Below, piece by piece: positions 45,233 through 53,598 of a stretch of DNA of 64,000 nucleotides. The notes under the pieces were generated by a model. It saw nothing but the letters and a program-made list of their open reading frames with translations, was not told the DNA's origin and did no database searches. Each line of letters starts with the position of its first letter. Positions within the stretch are counted from its first letter, which is position 1. Origin of the DNA: an uncultured Candidatus Saccharibacteria bacterium. GTDB taxonomy: Bacteria; Patescibacteriota; Minisyncoccia; Phycocordibacterales; SBAW01. Position numbers and translations under genes: made by a program. The stretch is taken from positions 479,090 to 543,089 of the forward strand of contig CAZMIU010000001.1 in assembly GCA_964566795.1 (NCBI GenBank), read 5' to 3'.

Positions 45233-47587
45233 CTAGATTGCTTGAGTGCCGTTGTTGGCGTTTGGTTGGCCGTTTTGGAGCTGGGTGTCTTGGTTGTTTT
45301 GCCCTGGCTGGCCCCCACCCACACACTGGCCCGTCCTGGGGTCTATAAAGCAATCCTCCCCAGAACCATTTGGTATAGCTGGTGTGCCGTTTGCACCTAC
45401 CCAGGCACCCACAGGGTACTCCCAGTATTTGTACTGGCTGTCGCCTATAGAGTTGCCGTCGCCTTGGGGATTGTTTTTGTTAACCCAGTACAAAATGTCG
45501 TGTATTTGACCGTCCTCGCCTGGTATCTGCCAGATGCCGTTAAGTACCGGCTTGTTTGCAGCGGTAACCTCTGCGCGGGGGAAGGGGGTCGCGGGGAACT
45601 TGGTGAGCGCGTAGCGCATAAACTCGCTCCACGCCGGGCCGATGATAAACCCGGACACGCGGCGCACCATGGGCGTGTTGTCGTTGTTACCGGCCCAGGC
45701 ACCCACCACAATGTTTGGCGTGTAGCCCACAGTCCAGGCGTCGCGGTAGTTGTTGGTGGTACCGGTCTTTACCGCTACCTCGTGGCCCGGGAAGGTAAAG
45801 AGGTTGTTCTCGCCCAGGGGTCCCCGTGCAACCGGGTCTGAGAGCACGTCACTTATCTGCTGGGCCACTTGAGGTGAGAGCACCTGCACGCCGGGTGACT
45901 CGGTATTGTCCTCCATGATGTTGCCCTGCGAGTCCTCAATCTTGAGTATCGACTGCTCGTCAAAGTGCAGACCATTGTTGGCAAACGCGCCATAGGCGTT
46001 GGTCATATCAAGCGGCGTTACCTCGCCACCCCCAAGAACAAGCGTAAGGCCGTACTGGTTTGGGTCGCCCAGTGTCGACACGCCAAGTGACTTTGCCAAG
46101 CGCAGAGTATCTGGAAGGCCTGCCAGGTACAGGGTTTTAACGGCGGGGATGTTTCTTGACTGTGCCAAGGCGTTTCTGAGTGTCATGGGGCCCACAAAGG
46201 CGTCGTCGTAGTTTTGCGGGGCGTAGCAGGGATTCTCGGTCTTGTAGTTTTCCTCCGGCTTGCATGCGGTAGAGAACTGGGTTGGGAGGTCAAACACCAC
46301 TGTGTCAGGTGTGTAGCCCTCTGCAAACGCCTGGGCGTAGGCAAACGGCTTAAACGAGGAGCCTGGCTGGCGGCCCGGGTGCATGGTTGCCACGTTGTAC
46401 GCGCCAGGGATCTCTTGGTCAAAGTAGTCACGCGATCCCACCATCACCAATATCTGACCGTTGTGAGGGTCGGTGGCCACCATGGCCATGTTGGTGGCGG
46501 CAAAGTCATCCACGTTTTCAAGCGCGTTTCGCTTTACTATTTCCTCGGCTTTTATCTGCAGGTCTGCATCAAGCGTGGTGGTAACTCTCCAACCGCCGCG
46601 CTCCAGAGCCTCCTCGCCGTACTTTTCCTCCAGGTACTGTTGCACATAAAAGACAAAGTGCGGCGCAATGATGCCGTTGACGCGCTTGGGATTAAACGCA
46701 ACTTGTGCGGCTTTGTCCTGGTCGCGCTCTTCGGCCGAGATTACACCATGCTCGTACATCTTATCGAGTACGAGGTTTTTGCGGGCCTCAAGCTGCGAGT
46801 TGCGGCCTGACTCGTCTGTGCGGTATGGCGAGAGGCGCGTGGGCGAGGGGAGCATGGCCGCGAGGTAGGCCGCCTCGAGCACGGACACGTCTGATGCATG
46901 CTTGCCAAAGAAGGTCATAGACGCTTCCTCAACGCCGTACAACTGGCCGCCAAACGGTGCCTGGTTAAGGTACAGCTCAAGAATCTGATCCTTGTTTAGA
47001 ACTCGCTCCATCTTGAGAGCCAAAATCCACTCCTTAAACTTGCGTATAGGAGACTTGTCGGAGGTGAGTATGGTGAGCTTGATCACCTGTTGGGTGATGG
47101 TGGAGCCGCCCTGGCCGGACAGGAGCTCGCCCTGCACAAAGTTGGTCCAGATAGCGCGCGCTATTGCCGTGGGCTTGATACCTATGTGGGTGTAGAACTC
47201 CGGATCCTCTATGGCAACAATAGCCTGCTGCAGGTTGGTCGAGACGGAGTCGAGCGGTATTGCGGTGCGCTGCATGTCTTTGTGGAGGTCAAATAAGAGC
47301 ACAGTGCCCGTGCGGTCATAAATCTTGACTGACTGCTCGACGCGGCGTGTCTCAAGCGAGCCCAGGTCGGGGAGCTGTAGCGTGGCGGCCCAGAGCAAAC
47401 CCCCGCCGCCGATAAAGAAGCAGAACCCAAACACCCATACGCCAAAGGAGCGCCAGTTGTGTTTAAGGTAGTGCGTCCAGTAGTCGAACCGGTCGTCTGC
47501 CCAGTCAAAGGTTTTGCCAAACCTGGGGTAGAGAGCGCGGTGCGCGAGCTTGTAATAATGCCGCCACATAGCGCGGATAGTTTGCAT
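45233..47587 (-). CDS. mrcA: class A penicillin-binding protein 1A (glycosyltransferase plus transpeptidase)
   Basis: GT51 motifs (EDxxFxxHxG, GGSTITQQ) and transpeptidase SxxK, SxN, KTG motifs. N-terminal TM helix. Confidence 0.92.
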   Translation of the reverse strand: MQTIRAMWRHYYKLAHRALYPRFGKTFDWADDRFDYWTHYLKHNWRSFGVWVFGFCFFIGGGGLLWAATLQLPDLGSLETRRVEQSVKIYDRTGTVLLFDLHKDMQRTAIPLDSVSTNLQQAIVAIEDPEFYTHIGIKPTAIARAIWTNFVQGELLSGQGGSTITQQVIKLTILTSDKSPIRKFKEWILALKMERVLNKDQILELYLNQAPFGGQLYGVEEASMTFFGKHASDVSVLEAAYLAAMLPSPTRLSPYRTDESGRNSQLEARKNLVLDKMYEHGVISAEERDQDKAAQVAFNPKRVNGIIAPHFVFYVQQYLEEKYGEEALERGGWRVTTTLDADLQIKAEEIVKRNALENVDDFAATNMAMVATDPHNGQILVMVGSRDYFDQEIPGAYNVATMHPGRQPGSSFKPFAYAQAFAEGYTPDTVVFDLPTQFSTACKPEENYKTENPCYAPQNYDDAFVGPMTLRNALAQSRNIPAVKTLYLAGLPDTLRLAKSLGVSTLGDPNQYGLTLVLGGGEVTPLDMTNAYGAFANNGLHFDEQSILKIEDSQGNIMEDNTESPGVQVLSPQVAQQISDVLSDPVARGPLGENNLFTFPGHEVAVKTGTTNNYRDAWTVGYTPNIVVGAWAGNNDNTPMVRRVSGFIIGPAWSEFMRYALTKFPATPFPRAEVTAANKPVLNGIWQIPGEDGQIHDILYWVNKNNPQGDGNSIGDSQYKYWEYPVGAWVGANGTPAIPNGSGEDCFIDPRTGQCVGGGQPGQNNQDTQLQNGQPNANNGTQAI

Positions 47588-47620
47588 GCAGCTATTCTAC
47601 CACCGTGGTACAGTATCGCC

Positions 47621-48799
47621 ATGGGATTTTTTAGCGCTTTTACCAAGCAAAAAGTTGCCAACGGCAAGCTGTCTGAAGTCTTACAAGAGCGCGGGTATGT
47701 ATACCAGCACTCCTCACCACTTGAGGAGATTACCGATGGTCAGAAGCGCATGGTGTACTTGGGTATAGACCCGAGTGCCGACTCGCTGCACGTTGGCAAT
47801 CTGCAGGCCATGCTTGTGTTGCGGCGCTTTTTAGAGCATGGGCACAAGGTAATACTCCTTATCGGCGGTGGTACCGGCATGATAGGCGATCCCTCAGGGA
47901 AGAGCGAGGAGCGTAATCTGCTTGATGACGCGACTATAGACAAAAATGCCAAAGCTATAGCAGCACAGGGCAAGAAGTTGTTTGGCGGTCTTGATTTTAC
48001 TTTGCTTAATAATGCGCAGTGGCTTCGCACATTGAACTATATTGAGTTTTTGCGTGATATCGGCAAACATTTTTCTGTTAATGCAATGCTTGCCCGCGAC
48101 TCGGTCAAAGACCGTCTAGCCAACCAGGAGCAGGGCATATCGTATACAGAATTTTCCTACATGCTTTTACAGTCGTATGATTTTTTGCATCTGCATCAAA
48201 ACTACGGGTGCGATGTGCAGATAGGCGCGTCTGACCAGTGGGGCAACATACTCTCCGGTACCGACCTCATCCGCCGCAAAACGGGGGATACAGTCTACGC
48301 GTTTACCTCGCCGCTGTTGGTTAACAAATCAACCGGCAAGAAGTTTGGCAAGAGCGAGGGCGGCGCCGTGTGGCTTGACGCTCAAAAGACGTCTCCCTTC
48401 GACTTTTATCAGTTTTGGTTTAACACCACCGACGAGGACGTTGAGGAGTTTTTGCTCAAGATGACACTGTTGCCTAAGGCAGAGATTGACGCGGTCATGG
48501 AGGAGCAGCGCTCAAACCCGTCTGGCCGCGCAGCACAGAAAAAGTTGGCATATGAGGTGACTGCGCTTGTACATGGCGAGAGCGAGGCAACTAAGGCACA
48601 AAACTTTGAGAACGTGCCTACTATTGGCACCGGCAAACTGCGAGATGTGCTTAAAGAGTATTCAACAAGTGAGCTCCGCCGTTTGGTAGAGCAAGGAGGA
48701 ATCTCGGGTAAAGACGGCAAGATAGATTCTATCGACTACGAGGTTACGTCGGGTGAGGAAATAAAAATAGGCAAGAGCAAAGTATTTAAGGCACAATAG
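47621..48799 (+). CDS. tyrS: tyrosine--tRNA ligase
   Basis: HIGN-like HVGN and KFGKS class I motifs, C-terminal S4-like domain. ATG 47621 chosen downstream of the overlapping - strand gene start. Confidence 0.92.
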   Translation: MGFFSAFTKQKVANGKLSEVLQERGYVYQHSSPLEEITDGQKRMVYLGIDPSADSLHVGNLQAMLVLRRFLEHGHKVILLIGGGTGMIGDPSGKSEERNLLDDATIDKNAKAIAAQGKKLFGGLDFTLLNNAQWLRTLNYIEFLRDIGKHFSVNAMLARDSVKDRLANQEQGISYTEFSYMLLQSYDFLHLHQNYGCDVQIGASDQWGNILSGTDLIRRKTGDTVYAFTSPLLVNKSTGKKFGKSEGGAVWLDAQKTSPFDFYQFWFNTTDEDVEEFLLKMTLLPKAEIDAVMEEQRSNPSGRAAQKKLAYEVTALVHGESEATKAQNFENVPTIGTGKLRDVLKEYSTSELRRLVEQGGISGKDGKIDSIDYEVTSGEEIKIGKSKVFKAQ

Positions 48800-48805
48800 A
48801 GTAAA

Positions 48806-48838
48806 AAGAAAACCCCGGAGTGTTCCGGGGTTTTTCTT
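48806..48838. terminator. bidirectional intrinsic terminator
   Basis: aaaaccccggagtgttccggggttttt. Confidence 0.8.
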
Positions 48839-48981
48839 TACATCGCCTCTTCGTCGAGACCGTCTGCGGCCTCGTCATCCTCGTCGTCATCCTCGTCCTC
48901 ATCGGCGCCCTCGCCGGTGGGGGCGTTGTCGAGCTCCTCCTCCTCGTCGAGCCTGAAGCCCTCGTACAATTCGTCGTGCAT
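48838..48981 (-). CDS. possible acidic micro-protein (47 aa, D/E-rich)
   Basis: Hand translation MHDELYEGFRLDEEEELDNAPTGEGADEDEDDDEDDEAADGLDEEAM. No SD; could be a non-coding spacer. Confidence 0.2.
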   Translation of the reverse strand: MHDELYEGFRLDEEEELDNAPTGEGADEDEDDDEDDEAADGLDEEAM

Positions 48982-49039
48982 GCTTGTGCTTTAAGAACTA
49001 GTGTTTGTAATTAGTACTCAACGCATCTTTTTTACCAAA

Positions 49040-49510
49040 TTACCGCAACGATGCAAGGCAGGTAATCCCCACGGCAATAGCATCGAGCTCGTCGTCAAGT
49101 CTCTTTCTCTCTGGGAGGCGCACCAATTTTGGCACCATCATGGCAACAGCCTTTTTGTCTGAGGCTCCGTAGCCCGTTGTTGCAATCTTTACCTCGGCGG
49201 GCTTGTACTGGTGCACCGCCAAACTCCGCGATGCGGCTATGTAGGTTAAAACGCCGCGCACCTCGGCAACCTGCATGGCGGTTTTTGCATTCTTTTCAAA
49301 AAATACCTCCTCGAGCGCTATACCGTTGGGCGCCCAGTGCTCTATAAGCGCCTCCGTGGCGGCCCCGAGCTCTGCCAGACGCTCAGGGAAGGTAAGTGTG
49401 GCCGAGGTGCGCACGCACTCTGAGTGGAGCAGTACCTCCTTGCCATGTTTCTTCTCAAGGACTGCCACTCCTAAGCGTTCATATCCTGGATCGAAGGCTA
49501 GTATGCGCAT
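49040..49510 (-). CDS. ruvC: crossover junction endodeoxyribonuclease RuvC
   Basis: MRILAFDPGYERLGVAV catalytic Asp cluster; RNase H-like fold motifs. Confidence 0.9.
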   Translation of the reverse strand: MRILAFDPGYERLGVAVLEKKHGKEVLLHSECVRTSATLTFPERLAELGAATEALIEHWAPNGIALEEVFFEKNAKTAMQVAEVRGVLTYIAASRSLAVHQYKPAEVKIATTGYGASDKKAVAMMVPKLVRLPERKRLDDELDAIAVGITCLASLR

Positions 49511-49517
49511 GCGGCTA

Positions 49518-50042
49518 TTATGCCGCAGAACTGTATATCTCGCTTACGTCGTCGTGTTCGTCCAGCGCCTCGGCCAAGTCCGCCATTTTCTGGTTGTCCT
49601 CATCAGAAAGTTCTATCGGCGCCATAGGTTCAAGTTTACCCTCTGCGTTTTTGGTAAACGCCCATAGTGCAGCGCCTGGGTTTGCGAGCGTGCCGCCGTG
49701 GAGTGAGAGCAGGTGCTTGAGCTCCTGCACGGTGCGGTTTTTGTTGTCGGTCATGGCCTCGATAACAAGCGCGGTGCCGCCGGGGCCGTAGGCCTCGTAG
49801 GTAACCGTCTCCATCTCGACACCGTCGTTTTTATTGAGTGCGCGCTCGATGTTGTCCTTGGGCATGTTGTCTGCGAGTGCGCGCTCCACAGCGTTGCGCA
49901 CGCCAGCCGCGCTCTTATCGCCCTTGGCCTTTTTAAGCTCGACGCCGATAATCTTTACATGCTTGCTAAAAAGCTTCGCCTTTTGAGCGTCAGTCTTGCC
50001 TTTAGTGTGTTTGAGCTTTGCCCATTTACTATGTCCTGCCAT
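49518..50042 (-). CDS. yebC: YebC/PmpR-family protein, minimal form lacking the middle domain (174 aa)
   Basis: MAGHSKWAKLKH N-terminus and DDVSEIY C-terminus conserved; about 70 central residues absent. Confidence 0.8.
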   Translation of the reverse strand: MAGHSKWAKLKHTKGKTDAQKAKLFSKHVKIIGVELKKAKGDKSAAGVRNAVERALADNMPKDNIERALNKNDGVEMETVTYEAYGPGGTALVIEAMTDNKNRTVQELKHLLSLHGGTLANPGAALWAFTKNAEGKLEPMAPIELSDEDNQKMADLAEALDEHDDVSEIYSSAA

Positions 50043-50056
50043 ACAAGAAACTTACT

Positions 50057-51100
50057 TTAAATAAGGCGTTCGTTCAAATCTTGCGGGGGAGTTTTGCCCA
50101 GATGTTTGTAGGCCAGGGCGGTGGCGACACGGCCGCGCTGGGTGCGCTCTATCAGGCCCAGCTGGAGGAGGAAGGGCTCGTGCACCTCGGAGACTGTGCT
50201 GGGTTCCTCTGCGAGCGCCGCGGCGAGCGCGTTAACACCCGCGGGCCCGCCGTTAAAGCGCTCTATCAAAACAGTTAACAGTTTGCGATCAAGCGGCGTG
50301 AGCCCCAACTCATCCACCTCGAGCATGCCAAGCGAGGCCGAGACCGTGTCTTTGGAGAGCGGAGCGCGCTTGAGCTGCGCGTAGTCGCGGGCACGCTTAA
50401 GCAGATAGTTGGCGGTGCGTGGTGTGGAGCGTGCACGCTTGGCAATCTCACGCACACCGCCGTCGTCTATCTCTACACCAAGTATGCCGGCCGAGCGCTT
50501 AACAATGTTGGCGATATCGTCCTCGGTATAAAACTCAAGCCGATACACACCACCACTAAAGCGCGAGCGAAGCGGGGCAGAGAGGTCGGCCACGCGCGTG
50601 GTGGCGGCAACCAGGGTAAACGGCGGCAGAGGCAGCTCTATAGTGCGCGCGCTTGGACCCTTGCCAATAATAATGTTGAGCACCCCGGACTCCATGGCAG
50701 GGTAGAGCACCTCCTCGATGCTGCGGCTTAGGCGATGTATCTCGTCTATAAAAAGGATGTCGCCCGACCCCATGTTGGTCAAAAGGGCCGCGAGGTCGCC
50801 CACGCGCTCTATGGCAGGGCCCGAGGTGGAGCGCATGGCGCCGCCTAACTCGCGGGCTATGAGGTGCGCGAGGGTGGTTTTGCCCAAGCCTGGAGGCCCA
50901 TAAAACAGCACATGCTCAGGCGGGGCCTGCCTCTCCTTGGCGGCAGAAATAAGGATATGGAGGTTGTTTTTGACCGCTTCTTGCCCCACGTACTCGTCCC
51001 AGGAGGAGGGGCGCAGGGTTTGGTCTAAATATGTGGCACCCTCGGCCGGGGTGGGGGAATCCGGCTCAAAATCAGGGTTTTCTAAGGAGACGCTTGACAT
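50057..51100 (-). CDS. ruvB: Holliday junction branch migration helicase RuvB
   Basis: AAA+ Walker A GPPGLGKTTLA, sensor motifs, C-terminal winged helix. Confidence 0.95.
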   Translation of the reverse strand: MSSVSLENPDFEPDSPTPAEGATYLDQTLRPSSWDEYVGQEAVKNNLHILISAAKERQAPPEHVLFYGPPGLGKTTLAHLIARELGGAMRSTSGPAIERVGDLAALLTNMGSGDILFIDEIHRLSRSIEEVLYPAMESGVLNIIIGKGPSARTIELPLPPFTLVAATTRVADLSAPLRSRFSGGVYRLEFYTEDDIANIVKRSAGILGVEIDDGGVREIAKRARSTPRTANYLLKRARDYAQLKRAPLSKDTVSASLGMLEVDELGLTPLDRKLLTVLIERFNGGPAGVNALAAALAEEPSTVSEVHEPFLLQLGLIERTQRGRVATALAYKHLGKTPPQDLNERLI

Positions 51101-51170
51101 AAAATATATAGTATGCTAGTCTACCCAACAGCCAGCACCTCCCCAGGGAGGTCTTTTTCTTGGCTTGATT

Positions 51171-51330
51171 GGGAGAAGTTCACCATCAAGCAATGCGACT
51201 TAACCGTTTTGGAACCGTACCGAGGACGCTCTGGCATTTGTTTTATACAAAAGCGCGGGGGCTATCCTTAGATGCGACTTCCGCTTCTTTGCTAGTCAAA
51301 GATGTGCATTGCTTGGCGGTGAACTCTTCC
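51171..51330. ncRNA. candidate structured RNA (about 160 nt) closed by a 23-bp long-range helix
   Basis: 5' arm gggagaagttcacc..caagcaatgc (51171..51196) pairs with 3' arm gcattgcttg..ggtgaactcttcc (51306..51330). Flanked by hairpins with T-runs at 51137..51161 and 51348..51390. No ORF. Confidence 0.25.
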
Positions 51331-51347
51331 TAACACCAGTCTACTCT

Positions 51348-51390
51348 CAAAACCCCCGGAGGTCATTATTGACCCCCGGGGGTTTTGTGT
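51348..51390. terminator. bidirectional intrinsic terminator after the pilB-like gene
   Basis: aaaacccccgg...ccggggg followed by tttt. Confidence 0.7.
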
Positions 51391-51403
51391 TCGAGCGATT
51401 TGC

Positions 51404-53086
51404 CTACTCGAGGTCGACTACGCGTTTGAGCTCCTCTAGGCTTGTAACTCCCTTAAGCACCTTGATGATGCCGTCTTCTTGCATGCTCGGTATCCCTTGG
51501 GGCTTGGCGGCGGCGGCAATCTCGCGCGCAGTGGGCTTCTGGCGCAAAATTTCCTCAATTGTGCTGTCCATAAACACGCACTCAAAGATACCCACGCGGC
51601 CCTTGTATCCGCGACCATGGCACTCCGGGCATCCTTCAGGTTTTGCATCCCACACACGGTCGGATGCGGCAGGCACCAATGCTTTGTCAAAAATCGTTGC
51701 AAGGTGCTTGTCTATGACAGCCTTTTCCTCGGGGGCGGCGGCGCGCTCCACCTTGCATGTTTTGCAGAGCTTGCGTATGAGGCGCTGCGCAAGCGCCGCG
51801 TTAACGGCCGAGGAGATAACTTTTTCATCTACACCCAAGTCGATAAGGCGGGGGAATGATCCCGGCGCGTCGTTGGTGTGCAGTGTACTAAACACAAGGT
51901 GGCCTGTGAGCGCCGCGTTGATGGCTGTCTCGGCAACCTCGCCGTCTCTAATCTCGCCGACCATGATAATGTCCGGGTCCTGCCGCAGGGCACTGCGCAA
52001 GCCCTCGGCAAAAGAGTACTTACCCTTCTCGACCTGGGTCTGCACGATGCCCGCCAGGTGGTACTCGATGGGGTCCTCTATGGTGATGATCTTGGAGCCG
52101 GGGGAGTTAACCTTGCGCAAAAATGCGTAGAGCGTGGTGGTTTTACCCGAGCCGGTGGGGCCGGTGGTAAGAATCATGCCGTTTGGCTTGCCAATCTCGT
52201 GCTCGAGCCGGGCGCGCAGCTTGTCCTCCATGCCCAGGCCCTCGAGTTCCACACCAATAGCCTTGGGGTTGAGGATACGAAGCACTACGGTCTCCTGGTA
52301 GTTACTCGGGAGCATCGAGGTGCGCAGTTCAATCTCGTCACCCTTGATCTTGATGCTAAAGCGCCCGTCTTGTGCCTGGCCCTCGATGTTGAGCTTGAGG
52401 CCCGAGAGGAGCTTGAGGCGGCTGAGCATGAGCCTGTATGTCTCGTGGTCAAAGGTGAGTATGTCGACAAGCACGCCGTCGAGGCGGTAGCGCAGGCGCA
52501 CTTGGGCTTCTTCAGACTCAAAGTGGATGTCGGATGCGCCGGTCGATAGGCCCCCTGCCAAAATAACCTCCAGTATGCGCGTAATCCGGTAGGCCTTCTT
52601 AAGCTCGATGGCCTCGGTAATAAGCTTGGTGATGTCCTCTGGGCCCTTAACCTTATCAAGCAGGCTCTCGAGCTCCTCGTTGCTAAGCTCAAACACGCCG
52701 GCCTTTGTCTCGGTGGCGTAGGATAGGTCGGCATAGCGCTGGAATGCGCGCTTAAGCGACTCCTGCGAGCACATAAACAGCACCACCTCGTAGCCCAGGC
52801 TCTCGAGGTGTGCCTTAAGCGCGCGTACCTTGTCGCTCTCAGGGGCACGCACTGCCACAGAGAGACGCTTGTTAACCTTGCCAAAGGCCGCCGCCTCGGC
52901 CGCTCTGGCCTCGGCCTCGGGTATAAGCCGCAGGGCGTCGGTGTTGACGGCAACCAAAGAGAGGTCGACATATTCGACGCCATACTTTTGCGACAGCATC
53001 TGAGCCAACTCCTCCTCCTCTCGCTTGCGCAGGAACTCTATGCGCTTGTCGCCCTCTGCCTCGTTAAACTGCACGGTCATGTGCAT
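51404..53086 (-). CDS. pilB: GspE/PilB-family type II/IV secretion or pilus assembly ATPase
   Basis: N-terminal T2SSE_N region, Walker A GPTGSGKTTT, Asp/His boxes, tetracysteine motif. SD GGAG 8 nt before ATG 53086. Confidence 0.88.
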   Translation of the reverse strand: MHMTVQFNEAEGDKRIEFLRKREEEELAQMLSQKYGVEYVDLSLVAVNTDALRLIPEAEARAAEAAAFGKVNKRLSVAVRAPESDKVRALKAHLESLGYEVVLFMCSQESLKRAFQRYADLSYATETKAGVFELSNEELESLLDKVKGPEDITKLITEAIELKKAYRITRILEVILAGGLSTGASDIHFESEEAQVRLRYRLDGVLVDILTFDHETYRLMLSRLKLLSGLKLNIEGQAQDGRFSIKIKGDEIELRTSMLPSNYQETVVLRILNPKAIGVELEGLGMEDKLRARLEHEIGKPNGMILTTGPTGSGKTTTLYAFLRKVNSPGSKIITIEDPIEYHLAGIVQTQVEKGKYSFAEGLRSALRQDPDIIMVGEIRDGEVAETAINAALTGHLVFSTLHTNDAPGSFPRLIDLGVDEKVISSAVNAALAQRLIRKLCKTCKVERAAAPEEKAVIDKHLATIFDKALVPAASDRVWDAKPEGCPECHGRGYKGRVGIFECVFMDSTIEEILRQKPTAREIAAAAKPQGIPSMQEDGIIKVLKGVTSLEELKRVVDLE

Positions 53087-53107
53087 ATTGTATACTCCAA
53101 TCCATAT

Positions 53108-53572
53108 ATGACTCAGGTCGCCCTCACAGAGCTCGCATACTTTGCGCGCAATATCCTGGCCGTGCTTACTATGGCTGAGCCCAAGCAGACGGCCACTGTG
53201 CTTGCCCTGGTGGGGGAGCTTGGCGCGGGCAAGACTACCTTTGTGCAGGCCCTGGCCCGCGAGCTTGGGGTGAGAGAGGTGGTGCAGAGCCCCACCTACG
53301 TGCTGATGAAAAGCTACCCACTCGAACTCTCCGGCTCCACAAGCGAGGCAAACAACAAATTTACAAAATTGGTGCACATAGACGCCTATAGGCTAGAGAG
53401 CCCCGAGGAGTTTGATGCCCTGAGGCCCGGAGAGTTTTTGGCCGACCCGCAGGCGCTTGTCGTTGTCGAGTGGCCGCAGAGATTACAAGACAGGCTGCCG
53501 CGGCCAGATATGACCCTGACTTTTAGCGCAGAGGGACAGCAAGAGGGCGTGCGCGGCATAGACGCGCAATAA
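53108..53572 (+). CDS. tsaE: tRNA threonylcarbamoyladenosine biosynthesis protein TsaE
   Basis: P-loop GELGAGKTTF and conserved T/S...VVQSPTY region. Start trimmed to ATG 53108. Confidence 0.85.
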   Translation: MTQVALTELAYFARNILAVLTMAEPKQTATVLALVGELGAGKTTFVQALARELGVREVVQSPTYVLMKSYPLELSGSTSEANNKFTKLVHIDAYRLESPEEFDALRPGEFLADPQALVVVEWPQRLQDRLPRPDMTLTFSAEGQQEGVRGIDAQ

Positions 53573-53598
53573 AAGGCCCTGCGCGGTACAATGTCGCT

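Noticed and set aside
45227-46810. Plus-strand ORFs (204 aa, 198 aa) inside the PBP1A gene
   Set aside because: Antisense to PBP1A, which shows GT51 and transpeptidase motifs.
51878-52983. ORFs 51878..52549 (+) and 52285..52983 (-) within the pilB-like gene
   Set aside because: Alternative-frame or antisense shadows of the ATPase gene.
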